A stretch of DNA of 64,000 nt. It comes from Planctomycetota bacterium (GTDB lineage: Bacteria > Planctomycetota > JAMOSO01). Location of the stretch: NCBI GenBank assembly GCA_027063065.1, contig JAMOSO010000001.1:9128-73127 (forward strand), in the 5' to 3' direction. Position 1 is the stretch's first letter. Each line of letters starts with the position of its first letter. Positions 47,208 to 56,102 of this stretch are shown piece by piece. Made by a program: the position numbers and the translations under genes. The notes under the pieces were generated by a model. The model was given only the letters and a program-made list of their open reading frames with translations. It made no database searches and had not been told where the DNA came from.

Positions 47208-48224
47208 TTATGTATGTCGGTTTTTTAAATATTGAAATATTTTTTGATATTGTTTTGCACAATCTTGCCATGTTATTGGTTTTATATTTGTTGCTGTCGG
47301 TTTATTAATTATTGTATTTTTGATGTTAGTTTGAATTTGTTCATCGGTTAAATCTTGGTCTGCCCAACAAAAAGCTGGCAATCCTACCGATAGTGCTTCG
47401 CGTATGATATTAGGGTTGCCTTCCCATCTAGATGGTAAAATAAAAATATTTGATTGGCTAAAAAAATGAGGTAAGTTATTTTGACTAACAGGTTGTATAA
47501 AAGTTATTTTGTCTTTTAAGGATAGGTTATCTATTAAAGTTAATACGTTTTTATAGTATTGATACTCTTCTATTGCGCCTATTATAGTCCAATGCCAATT
47601 GATGTTTGGGGGCAAATCGTTTAAGGATTTAATTAAAATATCAATACCTTTTTGGTGGCAAATTCTGGCAATAGTCAAACCGCTTATTTGGTTGGCTTGA
47701 AATTTTTTAAAAGTTATTTTTTTAAATAATGCCGTGTCGATGCCGTTTTCTATAACACAACATTTTGTTTTGTTGATATTTAAAATGTTTTCAGCGTAAT
47801 TTTGCACATTTTTAGATACGCAAATAAAGTGATTTGGAATATGTTTAGTTAGTTTTTCTAATAAATTTATATGTTTGCGTTTGTCTTCTACGCGTAATGA
47901 ATTAACTAAATAATATGTATTAGGTAAAAATAAACGGCTTAGGAGGTTAGCATGTATCAACCATGAATTTATTATGTCTGGTTGAAATTTTTGTACAATA
48001 TGTCTAAGGCGATGTATGCGACAAATATCAAATATGGAGTCTATATTTAATGAGTGAGTTTGTATTTGATGTGATTGTAATTTTTGGGTTAATGGGGTTT
48101 TGTTGCCATATAGAGTTATCATTAAAATTGTTGCACCATCATCGGCTAAATTACAGGCGATGTTGGTTAAAGCATGTTCTGCGCCACCGGGGTTTAATTC
48201 TGTAATAATAAATAACAACTTCAT
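47208..48224 (-). CDS. Glycosyltransferase family 4 (GT-B)
   Basis: 338 aa. MKLLFIITELNPGGAEHAL N-terminus and SRWEGNPNIIREALSVGLP (E-x7-E). Confidence 0.8.
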   Translation of the reverse strand: MKLLFIITELNPGGAEHALTNIACNLADDGATILMITLYGNKTPLTQKLQSHQIQTHSLNIDSIFDICRIHRLRHIVQKFQPDIINSWLIHANLLSRLFLPNTYYLVNSLRVEDKRKHINLLEKLTKHIPNHFICVSKNVQNYAENILNINKTKCCVIENGIDTALFKKITFKKFQANQISGLTIARICHQKGIDILIKSLNDLPPNINWHWTIIGAIEEYQYYKNVLTLIDNLSLKDKITFIQPVSQNNLPHFFSQSNIFILPSRWEGNPNIIREALSVGLPAFCWADQDLTDEQIQTNIKNTIINKPTATNIKPITWQDCAKQYQKIFQYLKNRHT

Positions 48225-48249
48225 AAATAGGTGATAATTGATGATATGT

Positions 48250-48567
48250 TTAGACTGTAAAGTCTATATGCCCATTTGCATCAGGATGTCCTAATATATT
48301 GTCAGTTTCAATTTCTTCTTCGTCAATTGTTTGGTCGTCTTTTGGATTTGAATTTTGCATATCTTCTGGGTTGGCATCTCTGTCCATACTTTCTTCGGGC
48401 TTGCCAGCTTCTTCAACCTTTTCTTGGTTGATTGCATGCTCTTCTTTCATGTGTTCTGCTACGTGTTCTGCAGATAATTCATGACCACGATTTGTGGCGT
48501 CTTGCATTTGTCCTGCCAAGGCAGCTTTAGATACGATACCTTGGACGTTTGTTATACTATAGCTCAT
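48250..48567 (-). CDS. Highly acidic small hypothetical protein translationally coupled to fliA
   Basis: 105 aa, D/E-rich and low-complexity. Its ATG at 48567 lies inside the last codons of fliA (11-nt overlap). No motif recognised. Confidence 0.5.
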   Translation of the reverse strand: MSYSITNVQGIVSKAALAGQMQDATNRGHELSAEHVAEHMKEEHAINQEKVEEAGKPEESMDRDANPEDMQNSNPKDDQTIDEEEIETDNILGHPDANGHIDFTV

Positions 48568-49327
48568 CCGACCAAGGTTTTAGCTTATGTCTTAATCTGC
48601 TAATTAATTGCGAATGTACTTGGCAGATACGTGATTCTGTAACGCCTAAGACCTCGCCAATTTCTTTCATGGTCAATTCATCATAATAATACATTATTAA
48701 AATCATTTGTTCTTGATCAGATAAGTCTTTAATAATTTGTTCGCGTAGTTCTGTTCTGTTTAAATCTAAACTGGGATCGGTTTTGTCCATATTTTCTGCA
48801 ACTTCAATGCGAGTCATCTCACCGTCTTTATCTATGGTATATTTACCATCTAAAGATAGTAGTTGCTTAATATTGACTTCTCTTTGCAGTTCTTCTAGCT
48901 CGTCATCGCTCATACCTAGGTGTTCGGCCAATTCATGGTTTGCTGGTATACGTCCTAGTTGATGTTCTAATTCTTGGTAGGCTTTTTCTAGGTTAGATGA
49001 TTTATTTCTTAAATTTCTAGGAACCCAATCCATACGGCGGATAGAGTCAATAATTTCACCGCGAATACGTAAACTAGAATATGTTTCAAATTTAATGCCA
49101 CGTTCTAAATCAAATTTAGTTAAAGCGTCCATTAGACCTATTACACCAATATTATATAAGTCATTAATATCTACATAAGATGGCAATTTAGCTTTTAAGC
49201 GTTCAGAAGTGAAACGCACAACAGGCAGGTAATGTTCTACTAACATATTGCGTGTTTCATTGTCTAAATCACGTTTGTAAGCAATCCAAGTTTCTTGTAA
49301 TGTTTTTTCGTCTAATCTTATGGCCAT
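48557..49327 (-). CDS. fliA: Flagellar RNA polymerase sigma factor FliA (sigma-28)
   Basis: 256 aa. Sigma70 regions 2, 3 and 4 (region 2 GVIGLMDALTKFD; region 4.2 HTH TMKEIGEVLGVTESRICQVHS). Located in a flagellar operon after flhF-flhG. Confidence 0.9.
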   Translation of the reverse strand: MAIRLDEKTLQETWIAYKRDLDNETRNMLVEHYLPVVRFTSERLKAKLPSYVDINDLYNIGVIGLMDALTKFDLERGIKFETYSSLRIRGEIIDSIRRMDWVPRNLRNKSSNLEKAYQELEHQLGRIPANHELAEHLGMSDDELEELQREVNIKQLLSLDGKYTIDKDGEMTRIEVAENMDKTDPSLDLNRTELREQIIKDLSDQEQMILIMYYYDELTMKEIGEVLGVTESRICQVHSQLISRLRHKLKPWSDEL

Positions 49328-49338
49328 AATTTTTTACT

Positions 49339-49641
49339 CTATGAATTTTCCACTTCGTTTTTAACTTCTTCGTTAAGGTTTAAACCTGTTTCGCTCTCAA
49401 ACATATTGCGACTGATTTCAGATTGTTCTTTACGACGATTTTTTGCATCATTAATAGCCTCACGAAATAGATCTCTCCCAATATTTGAATATATTTTACC
49501 AAGAAACAAAAAAATAAGAATAGCAGCAAATGCTCTCATTATCACACTAGTTAATGGTATTGTCTGGTCTACTATACCAATAATAGCCATTAAAACAAAG
49601 GCGAACATTGCTAAAAGAATAGTTGTATTGCTAGTTCCCAT
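49339..49641 (-). CDS. Small two-TM membrane protein of the flagellar operon, unknown function
   Basis: 100 aa. Two hydrophobic helices, then a charged tail. Its start shares 1 nt with the flhG stop. Confidence 0.5.
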   Translation of the reverse strand: MGTSNTTILLAMFAFVLMAIIGIVDQTIPLTSVIMRAFAAILIFLFLGKIYSNIGRDLFREAINDAKNRRKEQSEISRNMFESETGLNLNEEVKNEVENS

Positions 49642-50510
49642 TATTTAACCCCTGTTTTGCGCAAAAAGTGTGAAAAAAAGCCTTTAATTGATCCTTGTTT
49701 TATTTTAGAGCCAGTATTATTTAAATAATAATTAGCTATTTTTTCAATGTTTTTATTTATTTGTGTATTTGGCTCTAACAGCGCAAAAGGTTGTCGCATT
49801 TTAACTGCACGCGAAACAGCAAAGTCATAAAGTAAATTGCCACGATGTGTAAGATTTAGTTTTAAAAAGCGTTGGCTTACATGGCATAATTTATTAGCTA
49901 TACGATTGCCTTCTTGCGGACTTTCAACCATGTTAATTACTATTGACATATTGCTATGCGCCTTTGCGCCAACAACCATTTTTATTAATGCGTAGGCATC
50001 AGCTAAGGCGGTTGGTTCTGGCGTGGTAACTACAATAGTTTCATCGGCGGGTGTGATAAAATTCATTACGTTGCTACTTACACCCGCTTGTGTATCTATA
50101 ATAATATAATCAAAAAAACCTTCTATTTTTGTTAATTGAGAGATTAATTGTTTTTTGGATTCTTCGCTCATATTAACAATATCATGTAATCCCGAGGCAC
50201 CGGGAATTATCTTTACCCCTCCAGGACTAGTCATAATTATATCTTTTAAGGTTTTATTGCCAGCTATGACATGTCCAATGTTAAACGGGCATCGCATACC
50301 GCATAAGATATCTATATTTGCTAGACCTAAATCGGCATCTAGCAATAATACTTTTTTTTTGCCTTTAACTAATGCCAAACTAAAATTGATTGCAAAATTA
50401 GATTTGCCGACACCGCCTTTGCCACTAGCTATGGTGATAATACGAGCACTTTTAGTTTGGCCACCCATCATTTCTCGTAGACGCGCAGCCTGATCAGGTG
50501 CGGGTGTCAT
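49641..50510 (-). CDS. flhG: Flagellar number regulator FlhG/YlxH (MinD/ParA-type ATPase)
   Basis: 289 aa. Deviant Walker A ASGKGGVGKS. Located directly downstream of flhF. Confidence 0.85.
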   Translation of the reverse strand: MTPAPDQAARLREMMGGQTKSARIITIASGKGGVGKSNFAINFSLALVKGKKKVLLLDADLGLANIDILCGMRCPFNIGHVIAGNKTLKDIIMTSPGGVKIIPGASGLHDIVNMSEESKKQLISQLTKIEGFFDYIIIDTQAGVSSNVMNFITPADETIVVTTPEPTALADAYALIKMVVGAKAHSNMSIVINMVESPQEGNRIANKLCHVSQRFLKLNLTHRGNLLYDFAVSRAVKMRQPFALLEPNTQINKNIEKIANYYLNNTGSKIKQGSIKGFFSHFLRKTGVK

Positions 50511-51844
50511 GCAAGAATCATCCTAGCTAATGTACGGGCTTCGCCTTCTTCAATGTCGTCGGGTACGTTTTGACCCGTTGTAAAATAGGATAACTCTGTT
50601 TGCACTCTGCCTAAAACATTTAAAACCATACCTAGGTTTACTGCTTCATCTAATTTTGTTAATAAAATACGATCTATATGGCAATAGCTAAAAGAATCTA
50701 TGATGCGTTCCATTGCTTTTTGATTAGTAGTGGTAGATAAAACAAGATGTACCTCATCTGGTTTAGCTAGTTTTAAAAATTTGGCTAAATCACTCATTTT
50801 GTCGTAATCGCGTGGCGAGCGTCCAGCAGTATCAATTAAGATGATATCGCATGCGCTTAACTGTATGATAGCTTCTTGAATTTCTTCAGCACGATTTACA
50901 ACAATAATGGGCACATCTAATATTGATGCATAATTATGTAATTGATCTACTGCAGAAATACGAAATGTATCTAATGTAATTAGGCCGACTTTGGCTTTTT
51001 GTTTTAATTGTAAATTGGCAGCAATTTTAGCTATGCTAGTTGTTTTGCCCACTCCCGTAGGACCAACCATTGCTATGACTTTAGTTTGTCCTTTTTTTAG
51101 GGTGATGGGACTGCCTACATTAATTAATTTGGCAATATTATTTAATAGTTTTTCACGTAATAAATCTTTGTCGTGTAAATAATCTTTGCCAACTTCGCGT
51201 ACTAATCGTTTTACTAGGCCATGGGCTAAGTCTTCGACCACTTCTTGTTCGATTAATTTGACATAAAATTCAGATAATTCATCAGGTATGTCTGCAAATC
51301 GATCTTTTCTTTGCATCGCTATTAATTCTTTAAGCATTTTTTTCATTTCGATAACATCATCTTGTACGATGTTGTTTTCTGTTGGCTTAGATTTAACAGT
51401 GGGCGATTTGTGTTTAATAGGCGTAGTTTTAGATGTTCTATCGATAATATCTTCTAGCTTAGATTGTGGAGCCTGTGCTAACTGATTATTAATTTTGTTG
51501 CGCATTTGCAATTTTTCTAATTGTTGTAAGTTTGGTTTACCACTTAAATAATCACTTTTGGCAGAGTTGTCTTTATTAATGCGTGCTTGTTCTAGAGTTT
51601 GACGTGCATATTCTGTCAATAATTTTTGACGTGCTTTAAAAGTAGGGTCAGGACGTGATTCTAAAGGTTTGCTACGTCCCCTTAGTCTTTTTGGTGGTTC
51701 TGTAGTAACAGTTACCTCTATCTTAGAACCCATTAATTTATTTAAGGTACGAGTATGTAATAGGGTAATGTCATTGCCCATTTCACGCTTGGCCTTTGCC
51801 AATGCTTCATTGTGTGATTTTCCCTTAAATTTTTTGATCACCAT
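50507..51844 (-). CDS. flhF: Flagellar biosynthesis SRP-type GTPase FlhF
   Basis: 445 aa. G1 VGPTGVGKTT, G3 DTAGR, G4 TKLD. Basic, disordered N-terminal B-domain. Confidence 0.85.
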   Translation of the reverse strand: MVIKKFKGKSHNEALAKAKREMGNDITLLHTRTLNKLMGSKIEVTVTTEPPKRLRGRSKPLESRPDPTFKARQKLLTEYARQTLEQARINKDNSAKSDYLSGKPNLQQLEKLQMRNKINNQLAQAPQSKLEDIIDRTSKTTPIKHKSPTVKSKPTENNIVQDDVIEMKKMLKELIAMQRKDRFADIPDELSEFYVKLIEQEVVEDLAHGLVKRLVREVGKDYLHDKDLLREKLLNNIAKLINVGSPITLKKGQTKVIAMVGPTGVGKTTSIAKIAANLQLKQKAKVGLITLDTFRISAVDQLHNYASILDVPIIVVNRAEEIQEAIIQLSACDIILIDTAGRSPRDYDKMSDLAKFLKLAKPDEVHLVLSTTTNQKAMERIIDSFSYCHIDRILLTKLDEAVNLGMVLNVLGRVQTELSYFTTGQNVPDDIEEGEARTLARMILA

Positions 51845-51856
51845 TTGGTGTTAATC

Positions 51857-53965
51857 CTAATTTAATGTTACCATTGCGACTGATTCAACTTCGACTTCAC
51901 GAACCATTTCATTATACGAAAGAACGACCAAGGATGAAAGAGGTCGTGAGGTCATATGCTTAACTTGTGCACGAATTGTTGCCGCAACTAGTAAAATAGG
52001 GATATGTCCTTCTCCTACTATGACTTCTACCTGGGACGCAATGGCATTATTGATCATTTGTACTTGATCGGACGACATTTTTAGATAACTACCATTTTCT
52101 GTGCGTTCAATCATATTAAAAATTGTATCTTCTAAAGCTGGGTCTAAAGTTATAACATATAGTTTGCCGTTGTCTTCACGGTATTTAAAACAAATGTCCC
52201 TAGCCAAGGTGTTTCTGACATACTCAGTTAAGACTTCAATATCTTTTGTTTTAGATGCCCAATCACCTAAAGTTTCTAATATGCCTTCCATATTGCGAAT
52301 GGAGACTTTTTCTTCTAATAGGTTTTTAAGCACTTGTTGTAGCTCACCCTTAGTTATTACTCCACCATCTTTTTCTATTACCTCTTCTACTACAGCAGGG
52401 GCGTTTTTCTTAACTTCGGTAATTAGTTTACTGACTTCTTCACGTGTTAGCAGTTCAGCACTATAAAGTTTAACTATTTCTGTTATATGGGTAGAAATTA
52501 CAGATGTTGGATCTACTACTGTATATCCAAGCATTTGAGCTTCATCACGGTGTTCACTTGTTACCCAGATAGCTGGCATTCCAAAAGCGGGCTCTACGGT
52601 TTCTATACCATCTACTTTCTTTTCAGCCATACCAGAATCCATTGCCATAAATCTATCGGCGTATATACGTCCGTTTGCCACTTCTGTGCCACGTATATGC
52701 ACACGGTATGCATCGGCTTCTAATTCCATATTATCCCGTATGCGTATAGGTGGCACTACAATGCCTAAATCGGTTGCCATGGTACGTCTAAGGTTAGTAA
52801 TGCGATCTAATAAATCTCCACCTTGGCTAGTGTCAACCAATGGTATTAGCCCATATCCTACTTCTAAATCCATAGGATCGACTCGCAATAAACTTTCGAT
52901 ATTTTCTGGCTCGCTAGATTTTGTGGGAGCAGCAGTATCTTTGGCTTTTTTAATGGATTTTTGTTTAATTTCTTCAATAACTGTTTTTTGTAATGCCCAG
53001 CTTAAACCAATGAGTCCAATACCTAAAATAATTAGCGGTGGCTTGGGTAAAGGAGTTGCAGCCATCAGTAATAATACTATACCTGTAATACCAGCGGCTC
53101 TAGGTCCTGGATTTGTTACAAATTGATTTACCATAGTTGCGCCCATATTGCCACCATCGTTTGAGCGTGTAATTAATAAGCCAGCACCTGTAGAAAGGAT
53201 TAAAGCAGGTATTTGAGACACTAACCCGTCGCCTATGGTTAGCATAGTATAGACCTTCATCGCTTCAGTCCAATCCATACCATTCATTGCAACACCTATT
53301 ACAAATCCTCCTAATAAGTTGATGCCTGTAATAATCAAGCCAGCAACAGCATCACCTCTGACAAATTTACTAGCACCATCCATCGACCCATAAAAGTCCA
53401 TTTCTTGCGTCAATCGTGCGCGCCTACTTTGTGCTTGCGCTTCGTCTATTAATCCTGCATTTAAATCTGCATCGATAGACATTTGTTTACCAGGCATTGC
53501 ATCTAAGCTAAAACGTGCCGCTACTTCTGTTATACGTGTGGAGCCTTTGGTAATTACTACAAAGTTTATAATTACAAATATCAAAAACATTACAAACCCT
53601 ACAACGGTGTTGCCACCAGCTACAAAGCTTGAAAACGCATTAATCATACCACCAGCATCAGGAGGGATAGTGCTAGAGCCTAAAATTAAACGTGTTGTGC
53701 TAACATTAAGAGATAGCCTAAAGACAGTGTTCATTAATAACATAGCTGGAAAACCAGAAAACTCTAATGGGTCTTTGATATATATGACTCCCATCATTAC
53801 TAATACTGTAAATCCAATACTAACCGATAGAAAAAAATCAATTATTTCTGGTGCTACAGGCACTATCATTAAGCCAATGGATATGACCATAACCATTGGC
53901 ACTGCAATATCGGTCCATTTTTTGCTGTTAGTTGTTATGTTTATATATAAATCTTTAACGCTCAT
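51857..53965 (-). CDS. flhA: Flagellar type III export apparatus protein FlhA
   Basis: 702 aa. Conserved N-terminal TM domain (FPAMLLMNTVFRLSLNVSTTRLIL, FSLDAMPGKQMSIDADL) and a C-terminal cytoplasmic domain. Confidence 0.95.
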   Translation of the reverse strand: MSVKDLYINITTNSKKWTDIAVPMVMVISIGLMIVPVAPEIIDFFLSVSIGFTVLVMMGVIYIKDPLEFSGFPAMLLMNTVFRLSLNVSTTRLILGSSTIPPDAGGMINAFSSFVAGGNTVVGFVMFLIFVIINFVVITKGSTRITEVAARFSLDAMPGKQMSIDADLNAGLIDEAQAQSRRARLTQEMDFYGSMDGASKFVRGDAVAGLIITGINLLGGFVIGVAMNGMDWTEAMKVYTMLTIGDGLVSQIPALILSTGAGLLITRSNDGGNMGATMVNQFVTNPGPRAAGITGIVLLLMAATPLPKPPLIILGIGLIGLSWALQKTVIEEIKQKSIKKAKDTAAPTKSSEPENIESLLRVDPMDLEVGYGLIPLVDTSQGGDLLDRITNLRRTMATDLGIVVPPIRIRDNMELEADAYRVHIRGTEVANGRIYADRFMAMDSGMAEKKVDGIETVEPAFGMPAIWVTSEHRDEAQMLGYTVVDPTSVISTHITEIVKLYSAELLTREEVSKLITEVKKNAPAVVEEVIEKDGGVITKGELQQVLKNLLEEKVSIRNMEGILETLGDWASKTKDIEVLTEYVRNTLARDICFKYREDNGKLYVITLDPALEDTIFNMIERTENGSYLKMSSDQVQMINNAIASQVEVIVGEGHIPILLVAATIRAQVKHMTSRPLSSLVVLSYNEMVREVEVESVAMVTLN

Positions 53966-53966
53966 G

Positions 53967-55043
53967 TTATCCTGCTACTTTTTTACCTTGTTGAGCCCAT
54001 ACAACAGACAACACCTCTATTACGGCTTTATATAATTCTGGTGGTATTAATTGTCCTACTTCAATATCTCTAAATAACTGTCGTGCTAATGGCGGGTTAG
54101 ATTGTATTGGGATATTGTTCTCAATTGCTATTTTGCGTATTTTTTGAGCGATTACATTTCGGCCTTTTGCAACCACAACGGGCGCGATGCTATTGGGCTC
54201 ATATTTTAAAGCTACTGCATATTCAGTTGGGTTTGTTACTACAACATCAGCTTTGCCAGCATCATTCATCATACCGTTCATTAAAGCTTGGCGAGCCATT
54301 TGCATTCGTCTGGCTTTAATTTGTGGATCGCCATCCATCTGCTTCATTTCATCTTTGACTTCTTGTTTACTCATTTTCATATCTTCAAAATATTGCCAAC
54401 GCTGGTATAAATAATCTACAAACCCTATGGTTAATAAAATTAATGCAATTCTAATACTTACGGTCATAAATAAGTCTGAAATTACCACTAGAGTCTGACC
54501 TATACCAAAGTCCATAGATTTTAGTAAATCTGGCAAACCAGCTTCTAATGATATAAATCCAACAACAGCTACCACTATAACTTTTAGTAGTCCCATTAAT
54601 AGACGCATGATAGCTTTAGTTTTAAATAGTTCTATACCCCAAGTAAATACATTAAATTTAATGTTGCTTGCCTTTGGTATTAATTTGTCGAAACTAAATA
54701 AAATGCCAAATTGTAGCCAATGTATGATTATGGCGCCCACTACAGTCAATAATAAAAAAGGCCCTAGCATATAAATCATATACATTAAAGTGTTTAAGCT
54801 AATGCTTACAAAATTGCCAACATTTAAACGGGCGTCATCTAACTCACCTAATATTCTACTAGTGTATCCCATTAATGTTTCTAATAATGGCCTGCCTAAT
54901 ACTTTTAAGGAAAGTAATCCAACCAATAAGATAAAAGCAGCTCCTAAATCTTGGCTACGTGGGACATTGCCTTTTTCACGCGATTCTCTAATGCGTTTGT
55001 CAGTTGCATCTTCTGTTTTTTCTTGTCCGTCATTTTCAGCCAT
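53967..55043 (-). CDS. flhB: Flagellar type III export switch protein FlhB
   Basis: 358 aa. N-terminal EKTEDATDKRIRESREKG, 4 TM, and the autocleavage region, here TNPTEYAVAL. Confidence 0.95.
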   Translation of the reverse strand: MAENDGQEKTEDATDKRIRESREKGNVPRSQDLGAAFILLVGLLSLKVLGRPLLETLMGYTSRILGELDDARLNVGNFVSISLNTLMYMIYMLGPFLLLTVVGAIIIHWLQFGILFSFDKLIPKASNIKFNVFTWGIELFKTKAIMRLLMGLLKVIVVAVVGFISLEAGLPDLLKSMDFGIGQTLVVISDLFMTVSIRIALILLTIGFVDYLYQRWQYFEDMKMSKQEVKDEMKQMDGDPQIKARRMQMARQALMNGMMNDAGKADVVVTNPTEYAVALKYEPNSIAPVVVAKGRNVIAQKIRKIAIENNIPIQSNPPLARQLFRDIEVGQLIPPELYKAVIEVLSVVWAQQGKKVAG

Positions 55044-55833
55044 GCGCGGCGGCCTCGCCCATAATATCTAACAATTCTATTGTGATACCGTTGATAGTGT
55101 CTAATAAACGATCAAATCCCATGCTAATGCCAGTAAGCCCAATCATTAGTAATATAATGCCAGTTATGATTTGGGCTGGCATTCCAATAACAAATACATT
55201 CATTTGAGGCATTGTACGAGCTAAAAAACCTAATATTACAATCACGATAAATAACGAGCCAACTAATGGTGCTGCAAACATGACGCCTATAGTAAACATA
55301 TATCCAACTTTTTCGGCAATATATCCTGCCATCATTTCCGAAAATACAAATCCGCCTGGTTTTATAAACTCAAAACTGCGTGCAATGGCCAATACAAACC
55401 AGTCTGGTCCACCAATAATAATAAATATGGCTAATAATAAAAAGAAGTACACCTGAGCTATTAAAGATACTTGAGTTTCTGTAAAAGGATCTAACACATT
55501 GGCCATAGCTAATCCCATGGAATGTCCGATTAAAAAACCGGCAAATTGAACGCCTATAAAAATAAGATTTGTAGTAAAACCCATTAAAATGCCAATTGAT
55601 AATTCGGCAAAGGCTGCCATAGTGAGATCTGTAATATCTGTTGGCATTGGCACGTTTGGATTCCAAACGCCAGGAAAAATCATTAATGCAAATAAAAATG
55701 CCATCATAGCTTTGGCGCTATTTGGTATGTCTTGACTGCCAAAAAAAGGAGTAAAAAGAAAAAACCCCGAAGTACGTACAATAATCAATAAAAAAAACTC
55801 CATTTGCATTAGAGTAAATTGCATTACGTTCAC
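55036..55833 (-). CDS. fliR: Flagellar export apparatus protein FliR
   Basis: 265 aa polytopic protein, positioned between fliQ and flhB. Confidence 0.9.
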   Translation of the reverse strand: MNVMQFTLMQMEFFLLIIVRTSGFFLFTPFFGSQDIPNSAKAMMAFLFALMIFPGVWNPNVPMPTDITDLTMAAFAELSIGILMGFTTNLIFIGVQFAGFLIGHSMGLAMANVLDPFTETQVSLIAQVYFFLLLAIFIIIGGPDWFVLAIARSFEFIKPGGFVFSEMMAGYIAEKVGYMFTIGVMFAAPLVGSLFIVIVILGFLARTMPQMNVFVIGMPAQIITGIILLMIGLTGISMGFDRLLDTINGITIELLDIMGEAAAHG

Positions 55834-56102
55834 GGTATTTTAGCGCTTTCTACATATTTCATTATTTCGTAAGTGTAATTCATTAATTCTTGCATCATCC
55901 AAGGCAAGGTTAAAATTAAGACTATAATTACTAAAGCAATTTTTGGTACAAATGCTAATGTCATTTCTTGTATAGATGTCATAGCTTGGAAAATACCCAT
56001 AATCACACCTACTACCATAGCTACTATTAACATTGGAGTGCTTACTTTTACGATGACCCATAAAGCCTGGCGTCCTAAGTCTATAGCTTGTTCGGGATCC
56101 AT
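55830..56102 (-). CDS. fliQ: Flagellar export apparatus protein FliQ
   Basis: ORF 55830-56144. Preferred start ATG 56102 (MDPEQAIDLGRQALW) overlaps the fliP stop by 1 nt. 90 aa, two TM. Confidence 0.9.
   Translation of the reverse strand: MDPEQAIDLGRQALWVIVKVSTPMLIVAMVVGVIMGIFQAMTSIQEMTLAFVPKIALVIIVLILTLPWMMQELMNYTYEIMKYVESAKIP

Noticed and set aside
46963-47271. 102-aa minus-strand ORF in the gap between a GT4 gene and wzx
   Set aside because: Its first 21 codons overlap the 3' end of the GT4 gene in another frame. The K/T/Y-rich composition is what AT-rich non-coding DNA yields, and it has no SD or motif. The 334-bp gap (46874-47207) may be a degenerate remnant or an internal promoter region, but I cannot support a gene here.
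52101-54035. Series of + strand ORFs (121, 78, 146 and 165 aa) inside flhA
   Set aside because: All are antisense shadows of the highly conserved flhA/flhB coding frame, with no motifs and hydrophobic low-complexity translations.
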